37,639 nt of DNA from Rhodoferax sp. (GCA_043758575.1 JAYVNF010000261.1:1-37639), one strand, 5' to 3'. Positions 9,118-19,616 are shown, counted from the first letter of the stretch. The notes: generated by a model from the sequence alone, not told the origin. Translations and numbers: made by a program.

Positions 9118-9708
9118 TTACTGAACGATGAAGCTGGAAAACAAGACGCCCGTCACCGGGTAGTCAGCATGGGCTGCCTTCTTCTTTTTCTTCTTCTTGC
9201 TGCCCTCTTCCTCGGCCGCGGGCTCCTCGTCTTCACCGCCGCCAAAGGGAATCGTGGCCTCGCGGAAGATGGCCTTGGACAGGGCCTCCTTGCCTTCGGG
9301 CGTCAGCAATTCGGCCGCTGTACGCTGCGAAATGAGCATCAGCACACCGCTGCGTATGGAGGGTAGAAAGGCTTTCACAGTGTCCGAGGTATGTGCATCG
9401 GTGACCATCAGGGTGATGCCAATTTGCGCCACCCGTTCGCCCCCCGGGTCGGCCAGGTTGACCACCATATTGTCCATGGGCAGGTAGGCCGGAGGCGTGG
9501 CATGGGCATCGTGGGCTGCGGCCTTGGGCGCTTCGCCGCCGTCTTCCTCGGCCGCTGCAGCGGCCGCACGGGGCTTGAGCACCAGGAAATAGAAACCAGC
9601 ACCGCCCAGCACCAGCACGCCCACCAGGGCGCCGATGATGATGAGCAACTTTTTACTCTTCTTGGGCGCAGCCTTGTCGTCTGCGCTTGCTTCCGGTGCA
9701 TTAGCCAC
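9118..9708 (-). CDS. fliL: Flagellar basal body protein FliL
   Basis: KKSKKLLIII TM segment, MVVNLAD, and C-terminal VLFSSFIVQ. Confidence 0.95.
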   Translation of the reverse strand: MANAPEASADDKAAPKKSKKLLIIIGALVGVLVLGGAGFYFLVLKPRAAAAAAEEDGGEAPKAAAHDAHATPPAYLPMDNMVVNLADPGGERVAQIGITLMVTDAHTSDTVKAFLPSIRSGVLMLISQRTAAELLTPEGKEALSKAIFREATIPFGGGEDEEPAAEEEGSKKKKKKKAAHADYPVTGVLFSSFIVQ

Positions 9709-9849
9709 TGTTATTCCTCAATCACTGTATGGGCTGATTATTGCCCCCCCAAACCCCAACCTAAGGTTGGATAAGGCCTGCAATTGCACAGCCTATCCTG
9801 ATTTTCGCCCTTGCGCGCCCTTGCCAGCAAAAAGCGGGGAACAAAAACT

Positions 9850-11232
9850 TCAGGCAAAAAGGTCCACCGAGCGGCCCACGCCACCCAGACTGGCCCGCTG
9901 CAGGCGCGCCCCGCTGTCCGCGCTGGCCGCGGTCACAGGCGCAATCAGTGCCTGGCGGGCGTTGGGCCGGCCGCGGCGCTCGCCGCCATCGGCATTGCCA
10001 CTGCCCGAGCTGCCCACCGAAACGCCGGTAAGCACCAGGCCCTCGCGTTGCAGCATGTCCTTCAGGTGCACGCCCGCGCTCTCCAGCACGCCGCGGGTGG
10101 CAGCCTCATCGGTACGGAAGCTGATGTGCGCCTCGTTGCCCTGCAGGCTGATGCTGACCTCCACCGGCGACTGTCCCAGGCCGTCGAGCTTGAGCTCGGC
10201 GTTCTGCACATTGTGCGAGACCCAGTAGCTGACCTGCTCTGCGGCCTGCATATCGGGCGCCATGGCCGGCACCAGTGCTGCGGACTGGGAAAAATCCGGG
10301 GCACTGACGCCCAGGGCGGTGCCGGCATAGGTCGGGTCAGCCGACTTGGCATCCCGGGCGCTGCGTTCGCCCTGCGGCCGGTCGGCCTTGGCCATCAGCG
10401 GCGCCAGCAGGGGTGCCAAAGCCGACGCTGCCTGGGGCGCACGGGCCGGCTCCAAAGCCGCCAGGAATTTGTTGGGCTCGGTGCTCTGGGCAGCGGTATT
10501 GGCGCTGCCGCGGGTGCCGCTTACGCCACCCGCGCTGCTGTCGACGTCGGCGCGCAAGGCCTGCTTGGAGGCCTTGGCCTGCGCTGCGGCATGTTGCAAA
10601 CCGGCGGTGAGACTCTCGGTTTGTTCGGGCGTGGCGCCCGCAGCGGCTGACTCGGCGCCCAGACCAGCGGCCCGGGCGGCAGCGCCGTCACCCGGGCGGG
10701 CCCGGCTGGCAGAGCCCGGTGCGCTGGCAGCGGCGTCCTGGGCCGCGCCGGTGGCATGGGTTAGCGGCGTTGCCGCCGCTGTAACGGCCCCCAGACCGGC
10801 CGCTGACAGCGCCGGGTCGGCGCCATCGCCTGCCACGCGGCTGGTGCCGGCAAGCTGTGCATCCTGGCTGTTCTGGGCATTGGTCGCAGCCAGCCCGGCG
10901 GCTGCCGCGCCATCGGCAGCGGCTTGCAAGGCCTGGGCGGCGGCAATCTGCGGGTTTTGTTGCAACAAGGTGCTGGCGTCGAACGCCGGGGCGTCGGGCA
11001 GTGCCGCCAACGCCGCATTGCTGGTCGCGTCGTCCGCCGCCAGTGGCACGACCGGATCGGCAGAGGCATCGCCCAGAGCGCCCAAAATCGCCATAAAACC
11101 GCCACCATCCGCGCTGGCGTCGGGGCCTGCGGCCTTGGTGCGCACACCATGGCTGGCTGCCGTGCCCGCCGCTTTGTGGCTGGATGCAGGTCCGGCTGTG
11201 GGACTGGGGCTGGGGCTTTTTTCGATGCTCAT
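9850..11232 (-). CDS. fliK: Hook-length control protein FliK
   Basis: Long Ala/Pro-rich N-terminus and a C-terminal T3S4 domain (AELKLDGLGQSPVEVSISLQG...); follows fliJ. Confidence 0.9.
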   Translation of the reverse strand: MSIEKSPSPSPTAGPASSHKAAGTAASHGVRTKAAGPDASADGGGFMAILGALGDASADPVVPLAADDATSNAALAALPDAPAFDASTLLQQNPQIAAAQALQAAADGAAAAGLAATNAQNSQDAQLAGTSRVAGDGADPALSAAGLGAVTAAATPLTHATGAAQDAAASAPGSASRARPGDGAAARAAGLGAESAAAGATPEQTESLTAGLQHAAAQAKASKQALRADVDSSAGGVSGTRGSANTAAQSTEPNKFLAALEPARAPQAASALAPLLAPLMAKADRPQGERSARDAKSADPTYAGTALGVSAPDFSQSAALVPAMAPDMQAAEQVSYWVSHNVQNAELKLDGLGQSPVEVSISLQGNEAHISFRTDEAATRGVLESAGVHLKDMLQREGLVLTGVSVGSSGSGNADGGERRGRPNARQALIAPVTAASADSGARLQRASLGGVGRSVDLFA

Positions 11233-11696
11233 ACAAGGTCTTCCAGGGAGTGTGCGGCGCGGTTTCTGAAGTGGCGCATGGCGGCAAATTCGTCGGTGCT
11301 GCGCTGCTCGCGGCGCTCCAGCAGCACCTGCTGCTCGGCACGGCGGCTCTTGACCACCTGCTTGAAGCCAGCCAGCCGGTATTCGGCCTGCAGCAAGGCC
11401 TGGTGGGCGCTGGCCAGCTGGCGTTCCAGGTTGGCAATCACCCCCAGCTGCTGGGTCACGGCGTGTTGCAGCCGGTCCATGAACTGGTAGTGGTGCTTGA
11501 TCAGCTCGACCGAGAGATTCACCGCATGCCCGCCGATCCAGCGCGCATCGGTGTCGCTGGAATAGCTTTGCAGCTGCGTCAGCTGGCCGTGGGCAAACTG
11601 CAGGGTCTTTTGCGCCTGGGCATGGCGGCGGGCCTGCGCATCGCGCTGTTGGATGGCCTGCTCTATGGCCAGTTCCAGGGCTCTGAATTTAGGCAT
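11229..11696 (-). CDS. fliJ: Flagellar export protein FliJ
   Basis: 155-aa coiled coil ending RREQRSTDEFA; follows fliI. Confidence 0.9.
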   Translation of the reverse strand: MPKFRALELAIEQAIQQRDAQARRHAQAQKTLQFAHGQLTQLQSYSSDTDARWIGGHAVNLSVELIKHHYQFMDRLQHAVTQQLGVIANLERQLASAHQALLQAEYRLAGFKQVVKSRRAEQQVLLERREQRSTDEFAAMRHFRNRAAHSLEDLV

Positions 11697-11727
11697 GGCG
11701 GGCTTTCATGGTGTGTAGTGCCACGCT

Positions 11728-13167
11728 TCAGCCGCCGTTGAACTGGGCATTGCAGGCCTGGGCCATCTGCTGCACCACCGGTGCCATGGGTGCAGCCTCC
11801 AGCATGTCCTGCTGCAGGAAGCGGCCCATGTCCTCGTGCAGGGCAATGGCCTCGTCCAGTCCCGGATCCGAGCCCTGGGCATAGGCGCCGATCTGCACCA
11901 GGTCACGGCCTTTTTCGTACTTGGAGTAAATCGCCCGGAAGCGCCGGGCCAGCTCGAAGTGCTCACGCGAGACCACGTTGTGCATCACGCGCGAGGCCGA
12001 TTGTTCGATGTCGATAGCCGGGTAGTGTCCCGCCTCGGCCAGAGAGCGCGAGAGCACGATGTGGCCGTCCAGAATGGCGCGTGCCGCATCCGCTATCGGG
12101 TCCTGCTGGTCATCGCCCTCGGTCAGCACGGTGTAGAAGGCGGTGATCGAGCCGACCCCATTCAAGCCATTGCCACTGCGCTCCACCAGCTGCGGCAGCT
12201 TGGCAAAGCAGGACGGCGGATAGCCCTTGGTGGCCGGTGGCTCGCCAATGGCCAGGGCAATCTCGCGCTGCGCCATGGCATAGCGGGTGAGCGAGTCCAT
12301 CAGCAGCAGCACATGCTGGCCCTGGTCGCGAAAACTCTCGGCGATCGCCGTGGCATAGGAGGCACCCTGCATGCGCAACAGCGGCGGCGCATCGGCCGGT
12401 GCCGCCACCACCACCGAGCGCGCCCGCCCTTCAGCGCCCAGAATGTCTTCAATGAATTCCTTGACCTCACGGCCCCGCTCGCCGATCAGGCCAACGACGA
12501 TGACATCGGCCTGGGTGTAGCGGGCCATCATGCCCAGGAGCACGCTCTTGCCCACGCCAGAGCCGGCGAACAGGCCGATGCGCTGACCGCGCCCCACCGT
12601 CAGCAAAGCATTGATGGCGCGCACGCCGGTGTCCATGCTGTGGCGCACCGGGTCGCGGTCCATGGCATTGATGGGCTTGCGCTCCAGCGGTTTGGCCACC
12701 ACGTCCTGGATCGGGCCCATGCGGTCCAGCGGCAAGCCCTGCGAATCCACCACCCGGCCCAACAGGCCGTCGCCCAGGGGCAGGCGCAGCATGCCGGTGT
12801 CCAAAGCGAAGTCGGCGGCACTGGCGCCGTGCAGGCTGGGCACCGGCACATAGGAGGGGGCCGGTGCCACGCTGGCACCGCTGGAGAGGCCGTGCACATC
12901 GCCGGCCGGCATCAAAAAGGCACGGTCATTGGAGAAGCCCACCACCTCGGCCAGCACCGCCTCGCGCTGGCCCGAGGTGACGATGCACTGCGAGCCCACC
13001 GGCGCGCGCAGGCCGCTGGCCTCCAACACCAGACCGGCCAGTCGGGTCAGGGTGCCGCGCACCTCCAGGGAGGAGCCACGTTCCACGCGCTGCTGCGAGC
13101 GCTGGAAAAAATCTGCCCACTGGGCCACGCCAGCGTCCACCGACTCCAGGGTTTCAGCGGACGTCAA
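11728..13167 (-). CDS. fliI: Flagellar export ATPase FliI
   Basis: Walker A AGSGVGKS, Walker [12 protein letters not shown], and [12 protein letters not shown]. Start placed at the in-frame TTG overlapping the fliH end (approximate). Confidence 0.96.
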   Translation of the reverse strand: MTSAETLESVDAGVAQWADFFQRSQQRVERGSSLEVRGTLTRLAGLVLEASGLRAPVGSQCIVTSGQREAVLAEVVGFSNDRAFLMPAGDVHGLSSGASVAPAPSYVPVPSLHGASAADFALDTGMLRLPLGDGLLGRVVDSQGLPLDRMGPIQDVVAKPLERKPINAMDRDPVRHSMDTGVRAINALLTVGRGQRIGLFAGSGVGKSVLLGMMARYTQADVIVVGLIGERGREVKEFIEDILGAEGRARSVVVAAPADAPPLLRMQGASYATAIAESFRDQGQHVLLLMDSLTRYAMAQREIALAIGEPPATKGYPPSCFAKLPQLVERSGNGLNGVGSITAFYTVLTEGDDQQDPIADAARAILDGHIVLSRSLAEAGHYPAIDIEQSASRVMHNVVSREHFELARRFRAIYSKYEKGRDLVQIGAYAQGSDPGLDEAIALHEDMGRFLQQDMLEAAPMAPVVQQMAQACNAQFNGG

Positions 13168-13840
13168 GCTCGGCCTCCCAGCTGGATTCCAGGCCCAGAC
13201 TGGCCACCGCCTTGTGCCAGCGGCGCTGCACCGTGCCGTCGATGACCGTGCCCGCCGCCTCCACCACGCAGCCACCGACGGCAACGTTGGCATCGGGCAC
13301 CAGCGTCAATTTCAGGTTGGGGAATTCACGCACCAGGTCTTCGGCCAGCACATCCAGGTCCACCGGGTGCATGCGCACCGCGGCCATCTTGGTGTCCACC
13401 GTCAGCATGCCCAGTGCCTCGCGCACCACCGGCTGCAAGGCGTTGGGGTTGGTGCTGAGTTCGCGGCGCAGCAGCTGGCGTGCCAGCTCGCAGGCCAGCT
13501 CCAGCACGCCCTTGGCCAGGGCCTGCTCGGCCTGCTGCACCTGGGTCTGCGCCGACTGGAACAGGTTCAGGAAATGGTGGGCAGCGTCCTGCCCTTGGGT
13601 GGCAATGTAGTCGTTGATCAGGCGCTGGCCTTCCAGCGTGGCCTGGGCATGGCCCTGGGCAAAGCCCTCGGCATAGCCGGCCTGGTGGGCCGTGCCATCG
13701 CGGGCCCGGTCTTCGGCCTCGGCCTGGGCTTTGACCTTGGCGGCAAAGCGCAGCGCGGCCTGGTCGACCGGGTCAAAGGCCCAGTCGCTGGCGTCGACAA
13801 CGTTTTCGGCGGAAATGAAGGAGGAGTAGGCGCGCGACAT
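13154..13840 (-). CDS. fliH: Flagellar assembly protein FliH
   Basis: GxxxG repeats [13 protein letters not shown] and C-terminal [14 protein letters not shown]; between fliG and fliI. Confidence 0.93.
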   Translation of the reverse strand: MSRAYSSFISAENVVDASDWAFDPVDQAALRFAAKVKAQAEAEDRARDGTAHQAGYAEGFAQGHAQATLEGQRLINDYIATQGQDAAHHFLNLFQSAQTQVQQAEQALAKGVLELACELARQLLRRELSTNPNALQPVVREALGMLTVDTKMAAVRMHPVDLDVLAEDLVREFPNLKLTLVPDANVAVGGCVVEAAGTVIDGTVQRRWHKAVASLGLESSWEAELDVR

Positions 13841-14841
13841 CAGACCATGGCGTCGTCGCCACCTCCGCCGCCAATCACAATCTGGCCTTCGTCCGCCAGG
13901 CGGCGCACGGTCTTGAGGATTTCCTTTTGCTGCGCTTCCACTTCGGACAGGCGCATCGGGCCGCGCGACTCCAGGTCCTCCTTGAGGGTGGCGGCCGCAC
14001 GCGAGGACATATTGGCCAGGATCTTGTCCTTGAGCTCGGGCTGTGCGCCCTTGAGAGCGACGATGAGCACGTCCGATGACACTTCCTTGAGCACCATCTG
14101 GATCGCCTTGTCGTCGAGCTTGAGCACGTCGTCAAAGACAAACATCTTGTCCATGATCTTCTGTGCCAGGTCGGCATCGTGGCCGCGTATGGATTCGATC
14201 ACCGTGCCCTCGATGGCAGTGCCCATCAGGTTGATCATTTCGGCCGCCGTCTTGACGCCGCCCAGCGAGGCCTTGCGGATCTTGTCGCCACCGGCCAGCA
14301 CGTTGAAGAGCACCTCATTCAAATCTTTCAGCGCCGTGGGCTGGATACCTTCCATGGTGGCCACGCGCAGCATGACCTCGTTGCGCTGGCGCTCGGGCAG
14401 TTGCTTCAAGACATCGGCGGCCTGGTCAAACTCCAGGTGCACCAGGATGGCGGCGACGATTTGCGGGTGCTCGTTGCGCAGCAGCTCGGCCACCGACAGC
14501 GGGTCCATCCACTTCAGGCTTTCAATCCCGGAGACGTCGCCGCCCTGCAGGATGCGGTCAATCAGCAGGGCCGCCTTGTCGTCGCCCAGGGCCAGCTTGA
14601 GCACCGAGCGCACATAGTCGCCCGAGTTGGAGACCAAGAGGCTTTGCGAGGCCGCCACGCCGTGGAACTTGTCGACCACCTCGTCAACCCGTTCACGCGT
14701 GATCTGCGAGGTCTTGGCAATTGCCTCGCCCAGCTTCTGCACCTCTTTGGGGGACAGATGCTTGAAGACTTCCGAGGCCTCGGCTTCGCCCAGAGACATC
14801 ATCAGAATCGCAGCGCTTTGCAGTCCGTCGTCGTTTGACAT
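13840..14841 (-). CDS. fliG: Motor switch protein FliG
   Basis: Motifs AAILMMSLG, EHPQIVAAIL, MFVFDD and GPMRLSEVEAQQK. Confidence 0.98.
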   Translation of the reverse strand: MSNDDGLQSAAILMMSLGEAEASEVFKHLSPKEVQKLGEAIAKTSQITRERVDEVVDKFHGVAASQSLLVSNSGDYVRSVLKLALGDDKAALLIDRILQGGDVSGIESLKWMDPLSVAELLRNEHPQIVAAILVHLEFDQAADVLKQLPERQRNEVMLRVATMEGIQPTALKDLNEVLFNVLAGGDKIRKASLGGVKTAAEMINLMGTAIEGTVIESIRGHDADLAQKIMDKMFVFDDVLKLDDKAIQMVLKEVSSDVLIVALKGAQPELKDKILANMSSRAAATLKEDLESRGPMRLSEVEAQQKEILKTVRRLADEGQIVIGGGGGDDAMV

Positions 14842-14867
14842 AGTGTGTTGTTCGGTGTGCCCCGGCG

Positions 14868-16538
14868 TCAGGCCGGTGCTTCCCCGTTGATCCAGGTTTT
14901 CACTATGTTAGCCACTGCAGCCGGATTGTCACGCGTGAGTTGGCGTGCCTCCTCCATGCGCAGCTCGGAATTGCTGATCGGAGCCGGCTCGTGGTGGGCG
15001 TGCGGCGCGGCCAGCTGCGGGCGCTCGGGCTCCTCGGACTCCATGGCGTCGAGCTGCACTTCACGGATTTGCGGACGGCTCTCGGCAAAGGTCTTGAGTG
15101 CCGGTTTGACAAAGCCCAGCAGCACCAGGGTGGCCAGGGCCAGGGTGCCCAGCGGCCAGGCCAGGCTTTGGGCCAGGTCCAGCACCACCGGCTGGCGCCA
15201 GACCGGGGTGTCAATCACTTCCACCTTTTCAGTAGCAAAGGGGGCGTTCATCAGGTTGACGGAGTCACCCCGGTCCTTGTTGAAACCCACCGCCTCGCGC
15301 ACCAGGGCGGTCATTTTTTCCAGTTGCGCGTCGGTCAGCGGCGTGCTGCTGACTTTGCCCTTGTCATCGGTCTTGACAAAGTTGTTGATGACCACGGCGG
15401 CGTTGATGCGCTTGACCACGCCGGAGGCACCCTTGACCACGTTGACGGTCTTGTCGACCTCGTAGTTGACGATGGATTCTTTTTTCACACTGTTGTTGCC
15501 GCCACCCGACTGGCCGGCCGCGGTCAGTGCCTGCGGCTGGCCGTTGATGGGGGCGGAGGACTGGGCCGGTGGCTGGTTGGAGGTGGCGCCCGGAACACCT
15601 GCGGCAGTGGTGGTGCTGCCATTCGTGCTTTCCACGGTTTGCTGGCTGCGCACGGCACTCGTGTCCTGTGCCAGATTGGGTTTGTGCGACTCGGTGGTGG
15701 ACTCGGTTTGTGAGAAGTCCACCTCGGCCGTGACCTGCGCCTTGACATTGGCAGCACCCACCAGCGGCTCCAGAATGTCCAGGATGCGGCGGTTGTAGAC
15801 CTGCTCCAGCTGCTGCGCGTATTGCAGCTGCTCGGCATCCACATTGAAGCCGGAGCCGCTGCCGTCATGGGCCTTGGAGAGCAGCTTGCCAGAGTCGTCC
15901 AGCACGCTGACCGCCGCCGGGTCGAGCTCGGGCACGCTGGAGGCCACCAGGTGCACGATGCCAGCGAGCTGGGTCTTGTCCAGGCTGCGCCCCGGGTTCA
16001 GGCTGAGGAGCACCGAGGCCGAGGGCTTTTGCTGGTCGCGGAAAAAACCATTCTGATTCGGCAGGGCCAGGTGCACCCGGGCATTGGCGACCGAGCCGAT
16101 CGACTGGATCGAGCGCGTCAACTCGCCTTCCAGGCCACGCTGGAAGGTCAGACGCTCCTGGAACTGGGTCATGCCAAAGCGGTTCGACTCCATCATCTCG
16201 AAGCCCGATACCGTGCCCTTGGGCAGACCCAGGGAGGCCAGCTTCAGGCGCGCATCGTGCACCCGGTCGGCCGGTACCAGGATGGCGCCGCCGCCATCGG
16301 AGTACTTATAGGGAATGTTCATGGTGCCCAGCTGGGCGATGACGGCGCCGCCATCCTTGTCGGCCAGATTGGAATACAGCACGCGCCACTCGGCCTGGCG
16401 GCCCATCACCAGGCCGACCACGGCAATCGCCACAAACAGCACAATGCCCATCACCAGGCGCAGGCGCTGGCCCTGGTCCAGGCCGCTGAAGCGCTGGACT
16501 AGCGTGGGGTTCACAGAGATGGCGGCAGTTGCTGACAT
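14868..16538 (-). CDS. fliF: MS-ring protein FliF
   Basis: Two TM segments, FQRGLEGELTRSI, ARVHLALP, KPSASV, NYEVDK and C-terminal VANIVKTW. ATG 16538 (MSATAA) is the likely start. Confidence 0.97.
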   Translation of the reverse strand: MSATAAISVNPTLVQRFSGLDQGQRLRLVMGIVLFVAIAVVGLVMGRQAEWRVLYSNLADKDGGAVIAQLGTMNIPYKYSDGGGAILVPADRVHDARLKLASLGLPKGTVSGFEMMESNRFGMTQFQERLTFQRGLEGELTRSIQSIGSVANARVHLALPNQNGFFRDQQKPSASVLLSLNPGRSLDKTQLAGIVHLVASSVPELDPAAVSVLDDSGKLLSKAHDGSGSGFNVDAEQLQYAQQLEQVYNRRILDILEPLVGAANVKAQVTAEVDFSQTESTTESHKPNLAQDTSAVRSQQTVESTNGSTTTAAGVPGATSNQPPAQSSAPINGQPQALTAAGQSGGGNNSVKKESIVNYEVDKTVNVVKGASGVVKRINAAVVINNFVKTDDKGKVSSTPLTDAQLEKMTALVREAVGFNKDRGDSVNLMNAPFATEKVEVIDTPVWRQPVVLDLAQSLAWPLGTLALATLVLLGFVKPALKTFAESRPQIREVQLDAMESEEPERPQLAAPHAHHEPAPISNSELRMEEARQLTRDNPAAVANIVKTWINGEAPA

Positions 16539-16711
16539 AGGGGTCTTCCAATGGTGCGAGGCCTGGCGGGCCCGGCTCTTGGGTGTGATTATTCGACCCA
16601 CCCCGCAAAACATGAGTCCGATAAGCGCGGTGTTTACCCCCCTATTTGAAAATAAGCTGCCGCAGCACAGCCCTAGTATTGGCCCCAACCAAGAACTCCA
16701 CAGACGCTGCC
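16539..16711. promoter_or_regulatory. Divergent fliF/fliE promoter region
   Basis: 173-bp AT-richer intergenic region between divergent flagellar genes; contains TCCGATAA at 16617-16624. Exact sites not resolved. Confidence 0.55.
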
Positions 16712-17029
16712 ATGGACCTCAAACTCTCGCCCCTGACGATGCCCTCCCCGATTCGCCCCGGCGCGGGTGTGCGCTCTGGTGCAGCTGCGGCGGTGGATGG
16801 AGGCGGTGGCGGTTTCTCGGGTGCGCTCAAGAACGCATTGAACTCGGTCAGCGCGGCGCAAAACGAATCCACGCGGTTGCAGCAGGAAGTGCAGATGGAG
16901 AACCCCAACGTGAGCCTGGAGCAGACCATGGTGGCGATTCAGAAGGCACAGATCGGCTTTACCGCCACCCTCAATGTGCGCAACCGCATGGTGCAGGCGT
17001 ATACCGACATCATGAACATGCAGGTTTAG
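16712..17029 (+). CDS. fliE: Hook-basal body protein FliE
   Basis: FSGALKNALNSVS...LNVRNRMVQAYTDIMNMQV. Confidence 0.96.
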   Translation: MDLKLSPLTMPSPIRPGAGVRSGAAAAVDGGGGGFSGALKNALNSVSAAQNESTRLQQEVQMENPNVSLEQTMVAIQKAQIGFTATLNVRNRMVQAYTDIMNMQV

Positions 17030-17290
17030 TTTTCTGTCTTGCCTGCTTGGGGGTGCGGCTTCACTTCTGCCATGCCTGCGTTTGGGTGCGCAGGAATGGC
17101 AAGGGCTTTAGGGAATTGGGGCGTCAGGTATTGAAACGTTGGTTCGCCTAGGGTTGCGCGGGAAAGGGATATGCCGGGCGACGATTTGCGGTAGCCGCCA
17201 TGAGGAGCTCGGCATACCCCCTTTCCGCGCAGCGGGCGCAAAGGTCTAGCAAAGCAGCGTGAGCAAAAATCTCACCAAGCAGCGAAAGAA
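17030..17290. repeat. Composite intergenic repeat, copy 2 (lacks the first hairpin)
   Basis: 33-bp periodic CCTGC units (17042, 17075), hairpin 17156-17230, and TCTCACCAAGCAGCGAAA shared with 5391-5408. Lies between convergent fliE and fliT. Confidence 0.88.
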
Positions 17291-17307
17291 AAGGCCTCCC
17301 CGCGAAG

Positions 17308-17604
17308 TCAGTGCAGCAGCTGCGGTCCTTCGATGCGCGACTCGAAGTGCGCCAGCCAGGGCTCGGCCAGATAGCGAATCTGGGCATCGTTGTTCAGGAT
17401 GCGCAGCATGATGCGGGACTTCTCCAGGCGCGCGGCATCGTCCAGCACTTCGGTGTGGGCATGAAAACGCAGCTGCTCAATCAGCACCGCGCAAGCGCCT
17501 TCAAAACGCATCACACCATCCCAGTCTTCGGACTTGGCCGCGTCAATCATCTTCAGGCTGCTGTCTTCGATCGCCTTGTAAAAACCCAATAGAACTTCGC
17601 TCAT
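17308..17604 (-). CDS. fliT: Flagellar chaperone FliT
   Basis: 98 aa with AAKSEDWD and ILNNDAQIRYLAEPW; GAGGAG RBS; downstream of fliS. Confidence 0.9.
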   Translation of the reverse strand: MSEVLLGFYKAIEDSSLKMIDAAKSEDWDGVMRFEGACAVLIEQLRFHAHTEVLDDAARLEKSRIMLRILNNDAQIRYLAEPWLAHFESRIEGPQLLH

Positions 17605-17615
17605 TTTTCTGCTCC

Positions 17616-18035
17616 TCAACCTTGGTAGGCGCGCACGGCCGGCTCGCCCTTGATCTCGCCCCAGCTGTCCGCCACCGGCTTGATCAGGGAGATGACTTCG
17701 TCAATCAGCGCCGCGTCATTGCGCGCATTGGCTTCGGTGGTGCGCAGAATGCAGTAGTCGTACAGGTCGGCCAGGTTGCGCGCCAGCGGGCCGCCGCGGT
17801 TGGTGTCCAGCCCGCCCTTGAGGCCCTCTTCGAGGATGCGCACCGAGTGCGCAATGGTGCGTATCTTGGTCGGGATGTCCCGGTTCTGGATGGCAGTGCG
17901 GGCCTTGCTCAGGGACTGCAGCAGAGTGCTGAACAACAGGCCGACCAGCTGGTGCGGGTCGGAACCCAATACGGAAGATTCGATATCCACCGTGCGGTAG
18001 GTATTGGCTGATCTCATACTGACGGGTGTGAACAT
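17616..18035 (-). CDS. fliS: Flagellin chaperone FliS
   Basis: ANTYRTV...DPHQLVGLLF and LARNLADLYDY...SWGEI. Confidence 0.95.
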   Translation of the reverse strand: MFTPVSMRSANTYRTVDIESSVLGSDPHQLVGLLFSTLLQSLSKARTAIQNRDIPTKIRTIAHSVRILEEGLKGGLDTNRGGPLARNLADLYDYCILRTTEANARNDAALIDEVISLIKPVADSWGEIKGEPAVRAYQG

Positions 18036-18066
18036 TGTGACCGACTCCTCATGTGACTTACCTTAG

Positions 18067-18093
18067 TTATCGGCAGCTTCACAGAGAACTCAA
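18067..18093 (-). promoter_or_regulatory. Putative sigma-28 (FliA) promoter for fliS-fliT
   Basis: Perfect -10 GCCGATAA (18067-18074, minus strand), with TTGA 15 nt upstream as an imperfect -35. Confidence 0.65.
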
Positions 18094-18103
18094 ATCTTTA
18101 TGC

Positions 18104-19507
18104 TCAGGCCTTGTTCCAGACCGCCAGCTGGGCTGTCACGTAGCTGTTGAGGCTGCTCAGGCCGGAGATCTTGGTGTCCAGCGCGGAGTACTGGGCCAGC
18201 AACTGGGCTTCCACCTTGGAGGCGCGCAAGGTCACACGGTCCTGGTCGCTGGAGTTGCTGCTGATCGACTTTTGCACAGCGGCGGTTTTGGTGGTGACCA
18301 GGCCGTCGAAGTTGATCAGGCCGTGCGCATAGTCGCGCAGCTTGGCGCCAAACCCATTGGTTTTGACGTTGCCATTGTCGGCCGCGAACAGTGCCTTCAG
18401 GTTGGGCAGATTGGACTCGGCACTGGTCAGCTTGGTCTGGTTGATCTTGAGCGAGCCATCGGTCTGGCGCTCTATGCCGACGTCCGTCAGGTAGGAAAAG
18501 GTAGAGCCGGTGCTGGACGAACCCATGATGGAGCGCAGCGTAGTCTGGATCCCCAGGGTGGTGGAGTCGCCCAGCAGCGGCCCGCCCACCTTGGTGGCCG
18601 GGTCGTACTTGATGGCATCCGCAATGGTGCTGTTCAAGGCGTTGTAGGCATCTACAAAGCTTTGTATGTTTTTTTGCACCACCGACACATCACCGGCCAC
18701 GCTGATATCCACCGGACCGGTGGTGACCTGGCCCAGCTGCAGGGAGACGCCCGAGATGGCATTGTCCATCTTGTTGGTGGCCGACACCACGTCCACACCA
18801 TTGATCTTGAGTTTGGCATCCAGGGCGGCCTGCCCCACAAAACCGCTGTCACCCGGGTTGGTCAGGCCCAGTGGCGCCAGGCCGGCATCGGCCGGACTGT
18901 TCAGGCGAAAGCCGGTGGCAGAACCGGTGCTGGCGGACTTGAGCACCAGGCGCTCATTGGTACCGTCACTGAGCACCGTGGCGGTGACACCGGTATTGGC
19001 GGCGTTCACCTTGCTGGCAATGTCGCTCATGGTGTCGGTGGCGGCGATCGCCACCGAGGCCGTAGTCCCACTGGGGACAAAGCCAGTGGTTCCCCAGCTG
19101 CCCAAATCAATCTTCAGAGAGCCGGCGGCACCGGAGGCGGTTTTGGCCGTCACGGCCACTGAAGCGGCAGTTTGCGCACGTGCGAGTTGGGACACCTCCA
19201 CCGACAAGGAGGTGGCAACGGCAGAACTCGATGCCGTCACCCCTACCGCTGTCGGATTCGAAGAAGTAGCCGCCTGCACATTCCAGCCGTTCGGGCCGGA
19301 CAACAGGGCCGCCGCGTCATACAGCGTGGACACCTGGGACTTGATGGTGCCGTAGGTGCTGAGCTGGGTCTGGTATTTGGTGGCCTGGGTCTGTAGCTGG
19401 GTCAGGGGCAGTTTTTCGATCGCCACCAGCTGGCTCACAATGCTCTTGACGTCCAGGCCGCTGCCCAAGCCAGTCGAAGAAATGGTTCCTGTTGAGGAAG
19501 TCGCCAT
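18104..19507 (-). CDS. fliD: Flagellar filament cap protein FliD
   Basis: GLGSGLDVKSIVSQLV, VSQLARAQ, ALDAKLKING, FVDAYNAL and QYSALD. ATG 19507 has a GGAG RBS. Confidence 0.96.
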   Translation of the reverse strand: MATSSTGTISSTGLGSGLDVKSIVSQLVAIEKLPLTQLQTQATKYQTQLSTYGTIKSQVSTLYDAAALLSGPNGWNVQAATSSNPTAVGVTASSSAVATSLSVEVSQLARAQTAASVAVTAKTASGAAGSLKIDLGSWGTTGFVPSGTTASVAIAATDTMSDIASKVNAANTGVTATVLSDGTNERLVLKSASTGSATGFRLNSPADAGLAPLGLTNPGDSGFVGQAALDAKLKINGVDVVSATNKMDNAISGVSLQLGQVTTGPVDISVAGDVSVVQKNIQSFVDAYNALNSTIADAIKYDPATKVGGPLLGDSTTLGIQTTLRSIMGSSSTGSTFSYLTDVGIERQTDGSLKINQTKLTSAESNLPNLKALFAADNGNVKTNGFGAKLRDYAHGLINFDGLVTTKTAAVQKSISSNSSDQDRVTLRASKVEAQLLAQYSALDTKISGLSSLNSYVTAQLAVWNKA

Positions 19508-19547
19508 GGTGCTCTCCAGTAGTCCGTTCAGTCTAACCCACGCTTGC

Positions 19548-19616
19548 CAAAAAGGTGAAAAAGCGGCGAGGGGTAAAGCCCTTCGCCGCTGCCATCCAAG
19601 CGCCGCCTTTGGATGG
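19548..19616 (-). terminator. Intrinsic terminator with an extra upstream hairpin, between fliC and fliD
   Basis: 12-bp stem 19562-19590 (AGCGGCGAGGGG/CCCTTCGCCGCT, one mismatch) followed on the minus strand by TTTTCACCTTTTT. A second hairpin CCATCCAA/TTGGATGG lies at about 19592-19616. Confidence 0.7.

Noticed and set aside
9175-9215. Poly-Lys/Glu tract in FliL
   Set aside because: Low-complexity loop with mixed codons, not a homopolymer phase-variation tract.
16539-16688. N-terminal extensions given by the ORF track for fliF (also fliI, fliE, fliD, fliC, the regulator, the SDR and rfbH)
   Set aside because: The extensions overlap neighbouring genes, promoters or terminators. Downstream starts have an RBS or translational coupling and give family-typical lengths.
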